NCBI GenBank assembly: GCA_002423365.1
Contig: DIVU01000161.1
Coordinates: 1,950 to 40,727, forward strand
Direction: 5' to 3'
DNA length: 38,778 nt
Origin: Desulfuromonadaceae bacterium UBA6124
Lineage (GTDB): Bacteria; Desulfobacterota; Desulfuromonadia; Desulfuromonadales; Trichloromonadaceae
The position numbers and the translations under genes are program-made. The notes under the pieces are model-generated. The model ran no database searches. It saw nothing but the letters and a program-made list of their open reading frames with translations, and was not told where the DNA came from. Below, piece by piece: positions 29,328-38,778 of the stretch. Position 1 is the stretch's first letter, and each line of letters starts with the position of its first letter.

Positions 29328-29897
29328 CTACTCCTTGAAGACGATCTTCAGCACCGACTCGATGTCGGGGAGCTTCACCGGCTTCGAGAGCAGCATGGCC
29401 GGGCCGAACTTCAGCGCGGCGATCGCCTCCTCGTGGTGGGGGAAGCCGGTCACCAGGACCACGACGGCTTCGGGATCGCGCCGCTTGATGGCCTTGAGAA
29501 CGGCGGCGCCGCCGATGTCGGGAAGCAGGAGGTCGAGGAAGATCAGATCGAAACGATCCTTCCGCATCGCGCGGAGCGCCGCTCGCCCGCCGGGGGCCAG
29601 GACCACCTCGCACCCCTTGAGGGTCAGCGCCGCCTCGAATGCCTCGAGGACGCGGGGATCGTCGTCCACCACCAGGACGCGCCGGGGAGGGGGCGTGTCG
29701 AGGGTGATCGGGATCTTGCTGTCGAGCAGGAACCGCTGCAGGTCGGGCCGTGCGACGCGGAAATGCCCCCCGGGGAGGCGATAGGCCTCGAGCTTGCCGG
29801 CCCGGATCCAGTTGAAGACCGTGACCGGGGTGACGTGCAGGATGCGGGCGACGCCCCAGGTGCTGAGCGGTTTTTCTGACGAGGTCACCAGGATCAC
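29328..29897 (-). CDS. Excisionase-like HTH + receiver-domain regulator
   Basis: LS...VARIL.V...TV.NWI..GKL.AY.LPGGH.R followed by VDDD, LDLLLP, VTG, KP. Start uncertain. Confidence 0.85.
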   Translation of the reverse strand: MILVTSSEKPLSTWGVARILHVTPVTVFNWIRAGKLEAYRLPGGHFRVARPDLQRFLLDSKIPITLDTPPPRRVLVVDDDPRVLEAFEAALTLKGCEVVLAPGGRAALRAMRKDRFDLIFLDLLLPDIGGAAVLKAIKRRDPEAVVVLVTGFPHHEEAIAALKFGPAMLLSKPVKLPDIESVLKIVFKE

Positions 29898-29964
29898 CCC
29901 GCGAGACCCGAACCTAGCTCCTCAGGGCTGGACGCGTCTTGGCCTGTCCAGCGCGAAAAATCTC

Positions 29965-30017
29965 CGGTTAACGTTTTTAACGAATATAAAATATTTAATA
30001 CCAGCCGGCCTTGTCAA
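29965..30017 (-). promoter_or_regulatory. AT-rich promoter region of the regulator pair
   Basis: TTGACA (30017-30012) with TATTTT 18 nt downstream. GTTAA-N5-TTAAC inverted repeat. Confidence 0.5.
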
Positions 30018-30127
30018 GGGAAAGCGTGCAGCCGGGGCGGGAAACTCCTTGCCGGCGGCGGGGCTTCGAGCCCCCCAGGGGTCGAGGGGGCTCGGGCACG
30101 CTCCGCGCGACGCGGGCTCGTGCCGCC

Positions 30128-30481
30128 TCAGAGGAGCCGGGGGGCGATCGGCGGGTCCGTGGCGCCTGGATCTTCCGGCGGGGGCGGGGTGCGCCGCCTT
30201 GCTGTCCGCGCCGCGGTCGACCTGGCCTCGGCGCGGGCCGTGGCGCGGGCGTGGTCGCGGGAGAAGGTCCGGGCCGACTCGGCGAAGGGCAGATCGAGCT
30301 GCTTCCACCGCGTGAGGCGGCGGCGCAGCTTCCGGCAGGCGTCCTCGTCGCGCCGGGTGAGGCGGCCCTGGCCGGCCACCGCGGCCTCCAGGTAGCTCTC
30401 GGCGACCTGCAGGAAGGTGGCCAGCCGGTGCAGGCTGATGCCGGTCTCGCCGAGGAAGCGCTGGAGATTGAAGGGGGTCAT
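30128..30481 (-). CDS. Hypothetical protein, possible HTH
   Basis: GGAGGA RBS. L.RFL...GIS...LA..L.V..SYL pattern resembles an XRE-like HTH. Confidence 0.55.
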   Translation of the reverse strand: MTPFNLQRFLGETGISLHRLATFLQVAESYLEAAVAGQGRLTRRDEDACRKLRRRLTRWKQLDLPFAESARTFSRDHARATARAEARSTAARTARRRTPPPPEDPGATDPPIAPRLL

Positions 30482-30957
30482 CCGTCCTCCGGAATGCTGC
30501 GGGAGCCGGTCCGTAGCTCTCGCGCCCCGGCACGGGAATCGGTTTGGGGACGAGGCGCGCTAACCCTACCCGATCGGGGCGGATCAGGCAACCGGCGTTT
30601 TTGCGCGGTCTCCTTCCGTTTTTCTCCACCCGCCCCCGTGCTCCGCCGTCCACCCGAACAGTTTTCTCCTTGTGCCGCGCGCTCTTCTGAAATATAAGTC
30701 TCGACAGCGGCGCGCCGAGCCCTCTCCGGGGGGAGCGGCTGGCGCCCTGGGCGGTCCGGCCGCCGTACCGGACCTTTCCTGCCCCGCTCTTCTTTTCAAG
30801 GCGCCGCGTGGGGTTCTCCTCGCCGCCCGCCAGGCCTGGACACGCCGATCGGAGGTGCCGGCCGGCCTGGATCTTGCGGAACAAGAGCGGCTCCCGGGGA
30901 TCCGGAAACGATTCCTCCGCGCGAGTCGAGGCCGCAGTACGATCGAAAGGAGCCGTG

Positions 30958-32349
30958 ATGTACCTCGAGAGCTTGAGTCGATCGGCTCGTGAAAAAACTG
31001 TCCGCGCGCTGGTGATCGGCGCCGGGGAGTACGGTTTCTCCTTCGTGTTCCAGTCCTGCCACACCCCCGGCCTGTTGGTCGCGGCCATCCACGCCCGGCG
31101 GACGGAGCGGGGGGTGGCCGCCTTCCGGCACGCCGGATACGCCGAAGAGGACATCCGGGTCTGCGAGGGGCTCCAGCAGGCCAAGGCCGCCCTGGAGGCG
31201 GGCAAGGTGGTCGTCTCCAGCGACGCCCAGATGCTGATCCAGCTTCCGATCGACATCGTCGTGGAGGCCACGGGCGCCCCCGAGGCCGCCGCGGTTCACG
31301 CCGATCTGGCGCTTCAAGGGGGCAAGCACGTGGCCATGGTCTCCAAGGAGCCCGACTCCGTGGTCGGACCGCTGTTCCACCGCAAGGCCAAGGCGGCGGG
31401 GCTCGTCTACACGCCGGTGGACGGCGATCAACCGAGCCTCCTGATGCAGATGGTCGTCTGGGCCCGGCTGCTCGGGCTGGAGATCCTCTGCGCCGGGAAG
31501 AGCAGCGAGTACGATTTCGTCTACGACCGGGCGGCCAGGCGGGTGACGAGCCTGGACCGGGAGGCGGACGGCGCGGCGGTCGACGGGCTCTGGGAGATCG
31601 GATCGCGGGAGGTCCGGAGCGTGGTCCGCTCGCGCGCCGAGGCGCTGGCGGCGATCCCCCAGCACACGGTCCCCGATCTGGTGGAGATGGGACTGGTGGC
31701 CAACGCGGTCGGGCTCTGCCCCGACGTGCCGGATTTCCACGCCCCCATCGCGCGCGTCCCGGAGGTGGCCGACATCCTGGTGCCGGCCGAGCTGGGGGGC
31801 CTCCTGCGGGGGGACAACCGCGTGGATGTCTTCAACGCCCTTCGGCGGCCCGACGAGGCGAGCTTTGCCGGCGGGGTGTTCGTGGTGGTGCGCTGCCGCG
31901 ACCGGAAGAGCTGGGAGGTCCTGCGCGGCAAGGGGCATGTCGTCAGCCGCTCGGGCGAGGCGGCCATGATCTACCGGCCGTCCCACCTCCTGGGGGTCGA
32001 GTCGGCGACCACCGTGCTGTCCGCCGTGCTGCAGGGCCGCTCCTCGGGGCCCGACGACGTAGAGCCCCGCTTCGACGTGGTGGGAAAGACGAGCCAGCCG
32101 CTTTCGGCCGGGACGCTCCTCGAGGTCAAGGGGCACCACCACCAGATCGACGGGGTGGACGGGCTCCTGCTCCCGGCCCGCGCGGCAACCGGGTGTAACC
32201 CGGTCCCCTTCTACCTGATGGGCGGTCATCGCCTGCTGCGGGACGTCCCGGCCGGCACCATCATCACGGCCGACATGATCGAGCCGCCAACGGAGTCGCG
32301 GTTGTGGTCCCTCCGCCGGGAGATGGAGGCCGTCTTCGGCCTGGGCTGA
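30958..32349 (+). CDS. Homoserine-dehydrogenase-like NAD(P) oxidoreductase with C-terminal SAF domain
   Basis: VIGAGEYG, VVEATG, GKHVAMV.KE.D..VGP, DGDQP, L.RDV.AG..IT... Confidence 0.85.
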   Translation: MYLESLSRSAREKTVRALVIGAGEYGFSFVFQSCHTPGLLVAAIHARRTERGVAAFRHAGYAEEDIRVCEGLQQAKAALEAGKVVVSSDAQMLIQLPIDIVVEATGAPEAAAVHADLALQGGKHVAMVSKEPDSVVGPLFHRKAKAAGLVYTPVDGDQPSLLMQMVVWARLLGLEILCAGKSSEYDFVYDRAARRVTSLDREADGAAVDGLWEIGSREVRSVVRSRAEALAAIPQHTVPDLVEMGLVANAVGLCPDVPDFHAPIARVPEVADILVPAELGGLLRGDNRVDVFNALRRPDEASFAGGVFVVVRCRDRKSWEVLRGKGHVVSRSGEAAMIYRPSHLLGVESATTVLSAVLQGRSSGPDDVEPRFDVVGKTSQPLSAGTLLEVKGHHHQIDGVDGLLLPARAATGCNPVPFYLMGGHRLLRDVPAGTIITADMIEPPTESRLWSLRREMEAVFGLG

Positions 32350-32623
32350 GCCCAGGCTCCTGTCTCCCCCGCCCCGCCCGCGCCGGCCCCAGGGGGCGAC
32401 CCGAACAGTCCAGGGGAGGGGACGACGGCCGCATTTCCCGTTGTCTTTCCCCGGGTCCGGGGTCATAGTAGCCGTGCGGGGAGGGGCCGACGGCATCCGA
32501 TTGCGGCGACGTTCCCGTCCGGGACGGGGCGCGGACCCACCGACCCGGCCCGGTCCGCGGATATCCCCCTCGGTGACGAGGATGACAGCTTCCGGCCGGA
32601 AGCCAGAGGAAAGGAGACACTCG

Positions 32624-33598
32624 ATGAAGGCGCCGTACCACGAGCTCGGCCTGGTCAACACCAAGCAGGTCTTCAAGAAGGCCATGGAGGGCGGCTACGC
32701 CGTCCCGGCTTACAACTTCAACAACATGGAGCAGCTCCAGGCGATCGTCATGGGCTGCGCCGAGTCGAAGTCGCCGCTGATCTTGCAGGTCTCCAAGGGG
32801 GCCCGGGACTACGCCAACCAGACCCTGCTGCGCTACATGGCCATGGGGGCGGTGAAGATGGTCCGCGAGACCGGCTCGCAGATCCCCATCACGCTCCACC
32901 TGGACCACGGCGACTCCTTCGAGCTGTGCAAGTCCTGCGTCGAGTCGGGCTTCTCCTCGGTGATGATCGACGGCTCGCATTTGCCCTACGAGGAGAACGT
33001 CGCCCTCACCAAGCGGGTGGTGGACTTCGCCAACCCCTTTGACGTGAGCGTCGAGGGAGAGCTGGGGGTCCTGGCCGGCATCGAGGACGACGTCAAGGCC
33101 GAGAAGTCCAACTACACCGACCCCAAGGAGGTGCAGGATTTCGTGGGGCGGACGGGGGTCCACAGCCTGGCCATCTCCATCGGAACCTCCCACGGGGCTT
33201 ACAAGTTCAAGCTGAAGCCGGGCGAGAGCGTGCCGCCGCTGCGCTTCGACATCCTGAAGGAGATCGAGCGGAAGTTGCCGGGCTTCCCCATCGTCCTGCA
33301 CGGGGCCTCCTCGGTCCTCCAGAAGTACGTGGCGATGATCAACGAGTACGGCGGGAAGATGGAGGGGGCGGCCGGCGTGCCCGAGGAGCAGCTCCGCGAG
33401 GCGGCCCGCTCGGCGGTCTGCAAGATCAACATCGACACCGACGGCCGGATGGTGGTGACCGCCGTCATCCGCAAGGTGTTCATGGAGAGTCCCAAGGAAT
33501 TCGATCCGCGCAAGTATCTGGGCCCGGCGCGCAAGGAGCTGCTGGAGGTCATCAAGCACAAGAACACCAACGTCCTCGGCTCGGCGAACCGATACTAG
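32624..33598 (+). CDS. fba: Class II fructose-bisphosphate aldolase
   Basis: LHLDHG, SVMIDGS, VEGELG, GTSHGAYK, VLHGASS, KINIDTD. Confidence 0.96.
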   Translation: MKAPYHELGLVNTKQVFKKAMEGGYAVPAYNFNNMEQLQAIVMGCAESKSPLILQVSKGARDYANQTLLRYMAMGAVKMVRETGSQIPITLHLDHGDSFELCKSCVESGFSSVMIDGSHLPYEENVALTKRVVDFANPFDVSVEGELGVLAGIEDDVKAEKSNYTDPKEVQDFVGRTGVHSLAISIGTSHGAYKFKLKPGESVPPLRFDILKEIERKLPGFPIVLHGASSVLQKYVAMINEYGGKMEGAAGVPEEQLREAARSAVCKINIDTDGRMVVTAVIRKVFMESPKEFDPRKYLGPARKELLEVIKHKNTNVLGSANRY

Positions 33599-33785
33599 GC
33601 GCCGCCGTCAGCCGCCGGCGATCGGGAGACGGTCAGAATCATGGGGGCATGTCCCGTCCCGGGGCATGCCCCGCTGTTTTCCCGGAGAGAGCAGACGGAG
33701 AAAGCCCTTGTGCTCTCGGCCCCGCGATGAATAGAATCCCGGCGCGACGCCGTCTGTCGGACCCTCCTTGTTCACGGAGGCGCTG

Positions 33786-34061
33786 ATGACGCCACGGCTC
33801 GAAGACTATCTCCCGGATGCGCTGCGGAGGCTGGAAAATCCTCAGACCGATATCCCTCGAATCGCCAAGGATCCGCGCCTGACCGCACCCATCGCGGGGG
33901 CGTTCCGTTTCGCTCTGGAGCGCATGGGGGCCGAGGCGCGAGCGGCGGCGCCACGCGTCGCGCCGCAGGCTGCCTCGGCCCGGCCTTCCATGGCCTGCCT
34001 CGACCACCCGTGCGGTTCTCCCCACAAGACGGGAGACCCCGCCGGGAAGGAGACGACATGA
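33786..34061 (+). CDS. Hypothetical protein
   Basis: GGAGG RBS + ATG. Stop overlaps the next start (ATGA). No recognisable motif. Confidence 0.4.
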   Translation: MTPRLEDYLPDALRRLENPQTDIPRIAKDPRLTAPIAGAFRFALERMGAEARAAAPRVAPQAASARPSMACLDHPCGSPHKTGDPAGKETT

Positions 34062-34849
34062 GACTGACGGCGAACGGCATCGGGATGCATTTCACGCTGA
34101 ACGGGGGGGCGGGGCGGCCGCTGGTGACGCTCAGCCACTCGCTGGCCACCCACCTCGGCATGTGGGCGCCCCAGGCGGCGGCGCTGTCCGCCCGCTACCG
34201 GGTTCTCCGCTACGACACGCGGGGGCACGGGGGGACCGAGGCCCCGGAGGGTCCCTACAGCCTGGAGCAGCTGGCGGAGGACGCCTACCAGCTCCTGCGG
34301 GGGCTGGGGGTCAGCCGGACCCACTTCATCGGCCTCTCCATGGGGGGGATGATCGGGCAGCTGCTGGCCCTCACCCATCCCGAGGCGGTGCGGAGCCTGA
34401 TCCTCTGCGACACCTCGAGCCGGGTGCCCGCCGAGGCGCGGCCGGCCTGGGACGAGCGGATCCGGACGGTGGGGGCGCGGGGGATGGAGTCCCAGGTGGA
34501 GCCGACGATCGGCCGCTGGTTCACGCCGGGATTCGTCCGGGAGCATCCGGAGGCGGTGGAGCCGGTGCGGTCGATGATCCGCGGCACGCCGCCGCAGGGC
34601 TACATCGGCTGCGGCCACGCCATCAAGGGGCTGGATCTGACCGATCGCCTGGGGGGGATCCGGGTGCCGACCCTGGTGGTGGTGGGCGAGGATGACCCCG
34701 GGACCCCGGTGGCCGCCGCCCGGATCATTCACGAGCGGATCGCGGGGTCGGAGCTGGTCATCCTGCCGTCGGCCTATCACCTCTCGAACCTCGAGCAGGC
34801 GGAGGCGTTCAACGCCGCGGTGCTCGCCTTCCTGGACAAGGTGCGCTGA
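34058..34849 (+). CDS. 3-oxoadipate enol-lactonase-like alpha/beta hydrolase
   Basis: SHSLA....MW..Q, YDTRGHG, GLSMGG, GEDD, HLSNLEQ (PcaD/CatD-like). Confidence 0.88.
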   Translation: MRLTANGIGMHFTLNGGAGRPLVTLSHSLATHLGMWAPQAAALSARYRVLRYDTRGHGGTEAPEGPYSLEQLAEDAYQLLRGLGVSRTHFIGLSMGGMIGQLLALTHPEAVRSLILCDTSSRVPAEARPAWDERIRTVGARGMESQVEPTIGRWFTPGFVREHPEAVEPVRSMIRGTPPQGYIGCGHAIKGLDLTDRLGGIRVPTLVVVGEDDPGTPVAAARIIHERIAGSELVILPSAYHLSNLEQAEAFNAAVLAFLDKVR

Positions 34850-34885
34850 GACATCGGCGGCGAGAGGGCAGATGGAGCATCGCGC

Positions 34886-36007
34886 ATGAGCCGCGGTATC
34901 ACGTGTCCGAGGTGCGGCCTGGTGCAGCTGGCCGGCCCGACCTGCAAGTCCTGCGGCGCCGCACTGGGCGGCCCGGCGCGTCCGGTCGGCCGGCCCGGCG
35001 TCCAGCCTGCGGCGATTCCGGCCGAGGGCGGGAAAGCCCCCCGGCCCCCTTCCGGAGCCCCGCCCGAGATCCGCCGCCTCTCCTTTCATGGGGCCGGGGG
35101 GAGCCTCTTCGGGATCCACGTCGTCAACACCTTCCTGACGATCGTGACGCTGGGGGTGTATTACTTCTGGGGGAAGGTCCGGGTCCGAAGATACCTCTTC
35201 GGCCAGACGGAGTTCGAAGGGGACCGCTTCGCCTTCCACGGGACCGGGAAGGAGCTCTCCCTCGGGACGCTGAAGGCGGTCGGGATCTTCCTGCTGCCGA
35301 TCCTCCTCCTGGGCAATCTCCCCGGCATCCTGGCGCTCCCCTGGTGGGTCGACATCCTGGCGGGGATCCTGGCCTACCTCCTGTTCCTGACCTTCCTGCC
35401 AATGGCCATGGTGGGGGCCAGGCGATACCGGCTGAGCCGCACCTCCTGGCGCGGCATCCGCTTCGGCTTCCGGGGAGAGCTCACGACATTCCTCAAGCTC
35501 TTCTGGATGGGGGGCGTCCTCAGCGCGCTGACCTTCGGGCTCTACTACCCCTTCTTCGAGACCAGGCAGCAGGCGTTCTTCGTCGAGAACTCCCGGTTCG
35601 GCACGCAGGGATTCGACTTCGACGGGAACGGGCGGGAGCTGTTCTGGAGCTTCCTCCTCACGACGCTGCTCCTCCCCTTCACCTTCGGCCTCTCCTGGAT
35701 CTGGTACCTGGCCCGGAAGCGCCGCTACTTCTGGGAGCACACCTGCGTCGCGGAGGCGCGCTTCCGCTTTCCCATCACGGGGGGGAAGCTGCTCGGACTG
35801 TACCTGGTGAATCTCCTCCTCCTGCTCTTCACCCTGGGACTGGCCTGGCCGTGGGTGGTGATCCGGAACGCGCGCTTTGCCTGCCGGCACCTGGTGCTGG
35901 AGGGGCCCCTCGGCCTGGAGGCGATCACCCAGCAGGCGGGAGAGGCCTCGGCCACGGGCGAGGGGCTGGCCGGAATCCTGGACACCGACCTGGGACTGGG
36001 CGTATGA
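34886..36007 (+). CDS. YjgN/DUF898-family membrane protein with N-terminal Zn ribbon
   Basis: F.G....F.I..VN..LTIVTLGVY..W.KVR and related repeats. N-terminal CPRC...CKSC. Confidence 0.88.
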   Translation: MSRGITCPRCGLVQLAGPTCKSCGAALGGPARPVGRPGVQPAAIPAEGGKAPRPPSGAPPEIRRLSFHGAGGSLFGIHVVNTFLTIVTLGVYYFWGKVRVRRYLFGQTEFEGDRFAFHGTGKELSLGTLKAVGIFLLPILLLGNLPGILALPWWVDILAGILAYLLFLTFLPMAMVGARRYRLSRTSWRGIRFGFRGELTTFLKLFWMGGVLSALTFGLYYPFFETRQQAFFVENSRFGTQGFDFDGNGRELFWSFLLTTLLLPFTFGLSWIWYLARKRRYFWEHTCVAEARFRFPITGGKLLGLYLVNLLLLLFTLGLAWPWVVIRNARFACRHLVLEGPLGLEAITQQAGEASATGEGLAGILDTDLGLGV

Positions 36008-36038
36008 GCCGGCCCGGGGCAGCCGGGATGTCGTCCGG

Positions 36039-37181
36039 ATGAGGCGACTGGTGCGGGTGGAGTGGACGGGGGCCTATCTGGACGGGCGGATGCCGGTGCG
36101 CTGCCCGGCCGCCATCCGCCTCCTGCGCCAGGGCCTCGAGATCACCCTGGCGGATGGCAGGGTGCTGTCGTGGCGATACCGGGAGCTCCGGCAGAGCCAG
36201 GGCTTCTATGCCGGGGAGGAGGTCCGGCTGGAGCGGGGCGAGCCGCTGCCGGAGGCCCTCCTGGTGGCGGAGCCCGGTTTCCTCGTCAGCCTCCACCGGG
36301 TCGGGCGGGAGGCGGCCGCGCATTTTCACGACCCCCGCCGCCGCTCCCGCCGCCTGATCCTCACTGCCCTGGCCGGGCTCGGGGCGGCGCTCGCCGCCGC
36401 CGGGACCTACTTCTGGCTGATCCCCGCCGCCGCGGACTCCGCGGCCGGCCGCGTGCCCGTGGCATGGGAAGAGCGGCTGGGCCGGGCGGCAGTCGAGCAG
36501 CTCGCCCCGCCGGGGACACGCTGCACGGATCCCGAGGTGGCCCGGGCCGTCGACACGATCATGGAGCGGCTTTCCCGGTCGATCCCGGAAAATCCCTATG
36601 TCTTCCGGGTGGCCGTGGTCAACGACCGGCGGGTCAACGCCCTGGCGGCCCCCGGCGGGCATATCCTCATCTTCCGCGGGCTGCTGGAGCGGGCGAAGTC
36701 GCCCGAGGAGCTGGCGGGGGTGCTGGCCCACGAGATCCAGCACGTCATCCGGCGGGACGTCACCCGGGCGATCCTGCGCCACGTCTCCGCCGGGCTCCTG
36801 CTGGCCGCGCTGACGGGGGATCCGACCGGCGCCATGAGCTACGGCCTGGAGGCCGCCCACGCCCTGGTGTCCCTGGAGTACAGCCGGCAGACGGAGATGG
36901 GAGCCGACGTCGGAGGCCTCGCGCTCCTGCGGGCGGCCCGGATCGATCCGGCGGGCGTGCTGAGCTTCTTCGAGGGGATGCTGGCAGCGGAGCAGAAGAC
37001 GCCCCAGCCCCCCCTCTACCTCTCCAGCCATCCGAGCACGCTCGAGCGGCTCGTCCGGCTGCGGGCCATGGTCCGTGAAACCCCCGTCGCCCCGCCCCTC
37101 CCCCTGCTGCCAGAGGTCGAGTGGCGGACACTCCGCCTGCGCTGCGGCGGCCCTCCCGCCGGACAGAAGCTCCCGCGCTGA
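36039..37181 (+). CDS. M48 family metallopeptidase
   Basis: VNALAAPGG, GVLAHEIQH, YSR..E..AD, LSSHP. Usual YjgN partner. Start uncertain. Confidence 0.9.
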   Translation: MRRLVRVEWTGAYLDGRMPVRCPAAIRLLRQGLEITLADGRVLSWRYRELRQSQGFYAGEEVRLERGEPLPEALLVAEPGFLVSLHRVGREAAAHFHDPRRRSRRLILTALAGLGAALAAAGTYFWLIPAAADSAAGRVPVAWEERLGRAAVEQLAPPGTRCTDPEVARAVDTIMERLSRSIPENPYVFRVAVVNDRRVNALAAPGGHILIFRGLLERAKSPEELAGVLAHEIQHVIRRDVTRAILRHVSAGLLLAALTGDPTGAMSYGLEAAHALVSLEYSRQTEMGADVGGLALLRAARIDPAGVLSFFEGMLAAEQKTPQPPLYLSSHPSTLERLVRLRAMVRETPVAPPLPLLPEVEWRTLRLRCGGPPAGQKLPR

Positions 37182-37253
37182 GTCCGAAGTCTTTTCTGGC
37201 GGCAGAGAGAGTCCGCAAAAGCATCCCGCGGCGCTGCGGGAGCGCTGCCTCGA

Positions 37254-38778
37254 TCAGAGGGGGAGCGCTTCCACGGCCCGGTAGAGCTTCGTCGGGTCGG
37301 GGTGTGGCGGCCAGGCCAGGATCTCCAGCCCGTCCGCCACGTAGCTCGGATGGCGCATCCCGAGGAGGACGCAGGAGACTCCCGGGGTGCTCGCCAGGGC
37401 CCAGAGCGCCTTGCGCGAGAGGGGCTCGCTCCGCCGCGCGAGCGGCAGGTGGGGGTTCAGCGCGGCGGCGATCCGGTTGCTCGCGGCCTGGCTGTGCCGG
37501 GCGGCCCGGACGCGCATGGCGTCGAGCAGGGTCTCGAGCGCCGGGAGATAGCGGCCGCGCCACGCCTCCCAGGCGGCCGCCAGCGGTCCGTCGAGCCCCT
37601 GGTCCAGCGCCTGGATCGCCCCTCCGACCGTGGGCGCGATCATCTGCTCCTCCAGCTCCCGCCACTGCTCCAGTCCTTGCAGGTGGGCCGGCAGGGTCTG
37701 GAGCTGATCCGCCCAGCGGAACCATTCGGCGGCGGGCGGGGTCCCTTCGGGCGCCTGGAGCTTGGAGGCGATGCCGCTCCGGAACTCTGCCTCCAGGGCG
37801 GCGACCTGGCGCAGGGCCTCGTCGAGGGAGACCCCCGGCGGCTCGTTCTCGTCGGCGACGTCGGCCAGACGGATCAGGCCGCTTCCGGCATGGGCGTTCA
37901 GCGGGCGGTTCGTCAGGACGGCGATCCCCTCCCGGGCGGCCAGCGCGAGCGGAGTCTCCGTCCCGTCCTGGCCGGTGTTGGCCAGGAGCGCCCCCCCGGC
38001 CTCGAGGAGATTCAAGGGGAGCTCGAGGACGCGGAGGTGGTGATCCGGCCCGCCCCCCTCCCTGGCCGCCTCGAGCATCCGCGAGAGGGAGACGGCCTCG
38101 GCGTCGTCCGCGGGCAGGACGACCGTGTTGGACGAGACCCCGTACCAGGCGATCCGGCCGGCCTGGACCTCGCCTTCCAGGAAGCGAAACGCCTCGCGGA
38201 GCCGCCGATAGAATTCCGCGCGCAGCTCCTCCAGCTTCCCCTGGCGGCGCCGCTTGGCGTCGCTCAGGAAGTATTCGGGGTTGTGGAGGAGGCAGACGTC
38301 CAGGGTCTCGAGCCGGAGACGGTCGAGTGAGCGGCCGAGCTGATCCCGCAGGTACTCCGGGTGCAGACAGTGCCAGCAGCCGTCCAGGTACTTGACCATC
38401 TCCGGGAAGGGGCGGCCGGCGGCCTCGCGCTCTGTCGCCAGCCCCAGGTTCTGGCCCTGCACGTAGCCCAGCTTGGAGACGACCACCACGGCCTCGCGGG
38501 AAAGCGACCCCGAGGCGAAGCGCTCCGCCAGGACCGATCCCACCAGCCGCTCGCTCGCCCCGTCCGTGTAGTTGGTCGAGGTGTCGATCAGGGTCGCGCC
38601 CCCCTCCAGCGCGGCGTGCAGAGCCTCGCGGTGCTCCGGCGTCTCGTCGTCCACCCGGTATCCGCCGAACCCCAGGCGGCTCACCGAGAGCCCCGTGCCG
38701 CCCAACCGGGTGTACCCGCGGGCCCGCCCGGATGCCCGGAAGCGCTGGGCGGCTGCCGCGGTGGCCTCGGCCGTGGCG
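37254..38778 (-). CDS. Aldo/keto reductase family protein, 5' end outside the window
   Basis: S.LGFGGY, IDTSTNY..G.SE, VSKLG, LLHNPE, YGVSSN, LLGMR. The frame stays open to the window edge. Confidence 0.9.
   Translation of the reverse strand, partial: ATAEATAAAAQRFRASGRARGYTRLGGTGLSVSRLGFGGYRVDDETPEHREALHAALEGGATLIDTSTNYTDGASERLVGSVLAERFASGSLSREAVVVVSKLGYVQGQNLGLATEREAAGRPFPEMVKYLDGCWHCLHPEYLRDQLGRSLDRLRLETLDVCLLHNPEYFLSDAKRRRQGKLEELRAEFYRRLREAFRFLEGEVQAGRIAWYGVSSNTVVLPADDAEAVSLSRMLEAAREGGGPDHHLRVLELPLNLLEAGGALLANTGQDGTETPLALAAREGIAVLTNRPLNAHAGSGLIRLADVADENEPPGVSLDEALRQVAALEAEFRSGIASKLQAPEGTPPAAEWFRWADQLQTLPAHLQGLEQWRELEEQMIAPTVGGAIQALDQGLDGPLAAAWEAWRGRYLPALETLLDAMRVRAARHSQAASNRIAAALNPHLPLARRSEPLSRKALWALASTPGVSCVLLGMRHPSYVADGLEILAWPPHPDPTKLYRAVEALPL

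Overview
GC-rich bacterial chromosomal window with three parts. (1) About 1-19,300 is an accessory hotspot downstream of tRNA-Phe(GAA). Its core is a visibly lower-GC island (~2,050-11,700) with two tightly coupled convergent operons: DGQHR/DndB-like protein > B12-binding-like radical SAM enzyme > GHKL (MORC/Hsp90-like) ATPase on +, and ParB/Srx-like > small PD-(D/E)xK nuclease > stand-alone SNF2 ATPase > second ParB/Srx-like on -. A divergent membrane protein sits beside them. I do not recognise this combination as a named system; it is the best candidate here for an undescribed DNA-modification/anti-phage system. Around it are three toxin-antitoxin modules (frameshifted zeta-like P-loop pair, RHH-PIN, AbiEi/AbiEii), an IS3 remnant, pckA and a DMT transporter. 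These genes are separated by a family of interspersed repeats (TCATCCGGGAC / CGTCCCC ends) derived from the 5' end of a RAYT/IS200-like HUH transposase, a remnant of which survives at 18.8 kb. (2) 19.4-24.1 kb is a peptide-ABC-type operon with an M24 peptidase and no ATPase genes. (3) 24.4-38.8 kb is ordinary GC-rich metabolism and regulation: OYE, CPA2 antiporter, cupin, response regulators, SAF oxidoreductase, fba, pcaD-like hydrolase, YjgN + M48 protease, AKR. All calls come from motifs read by eye; no database search was run.
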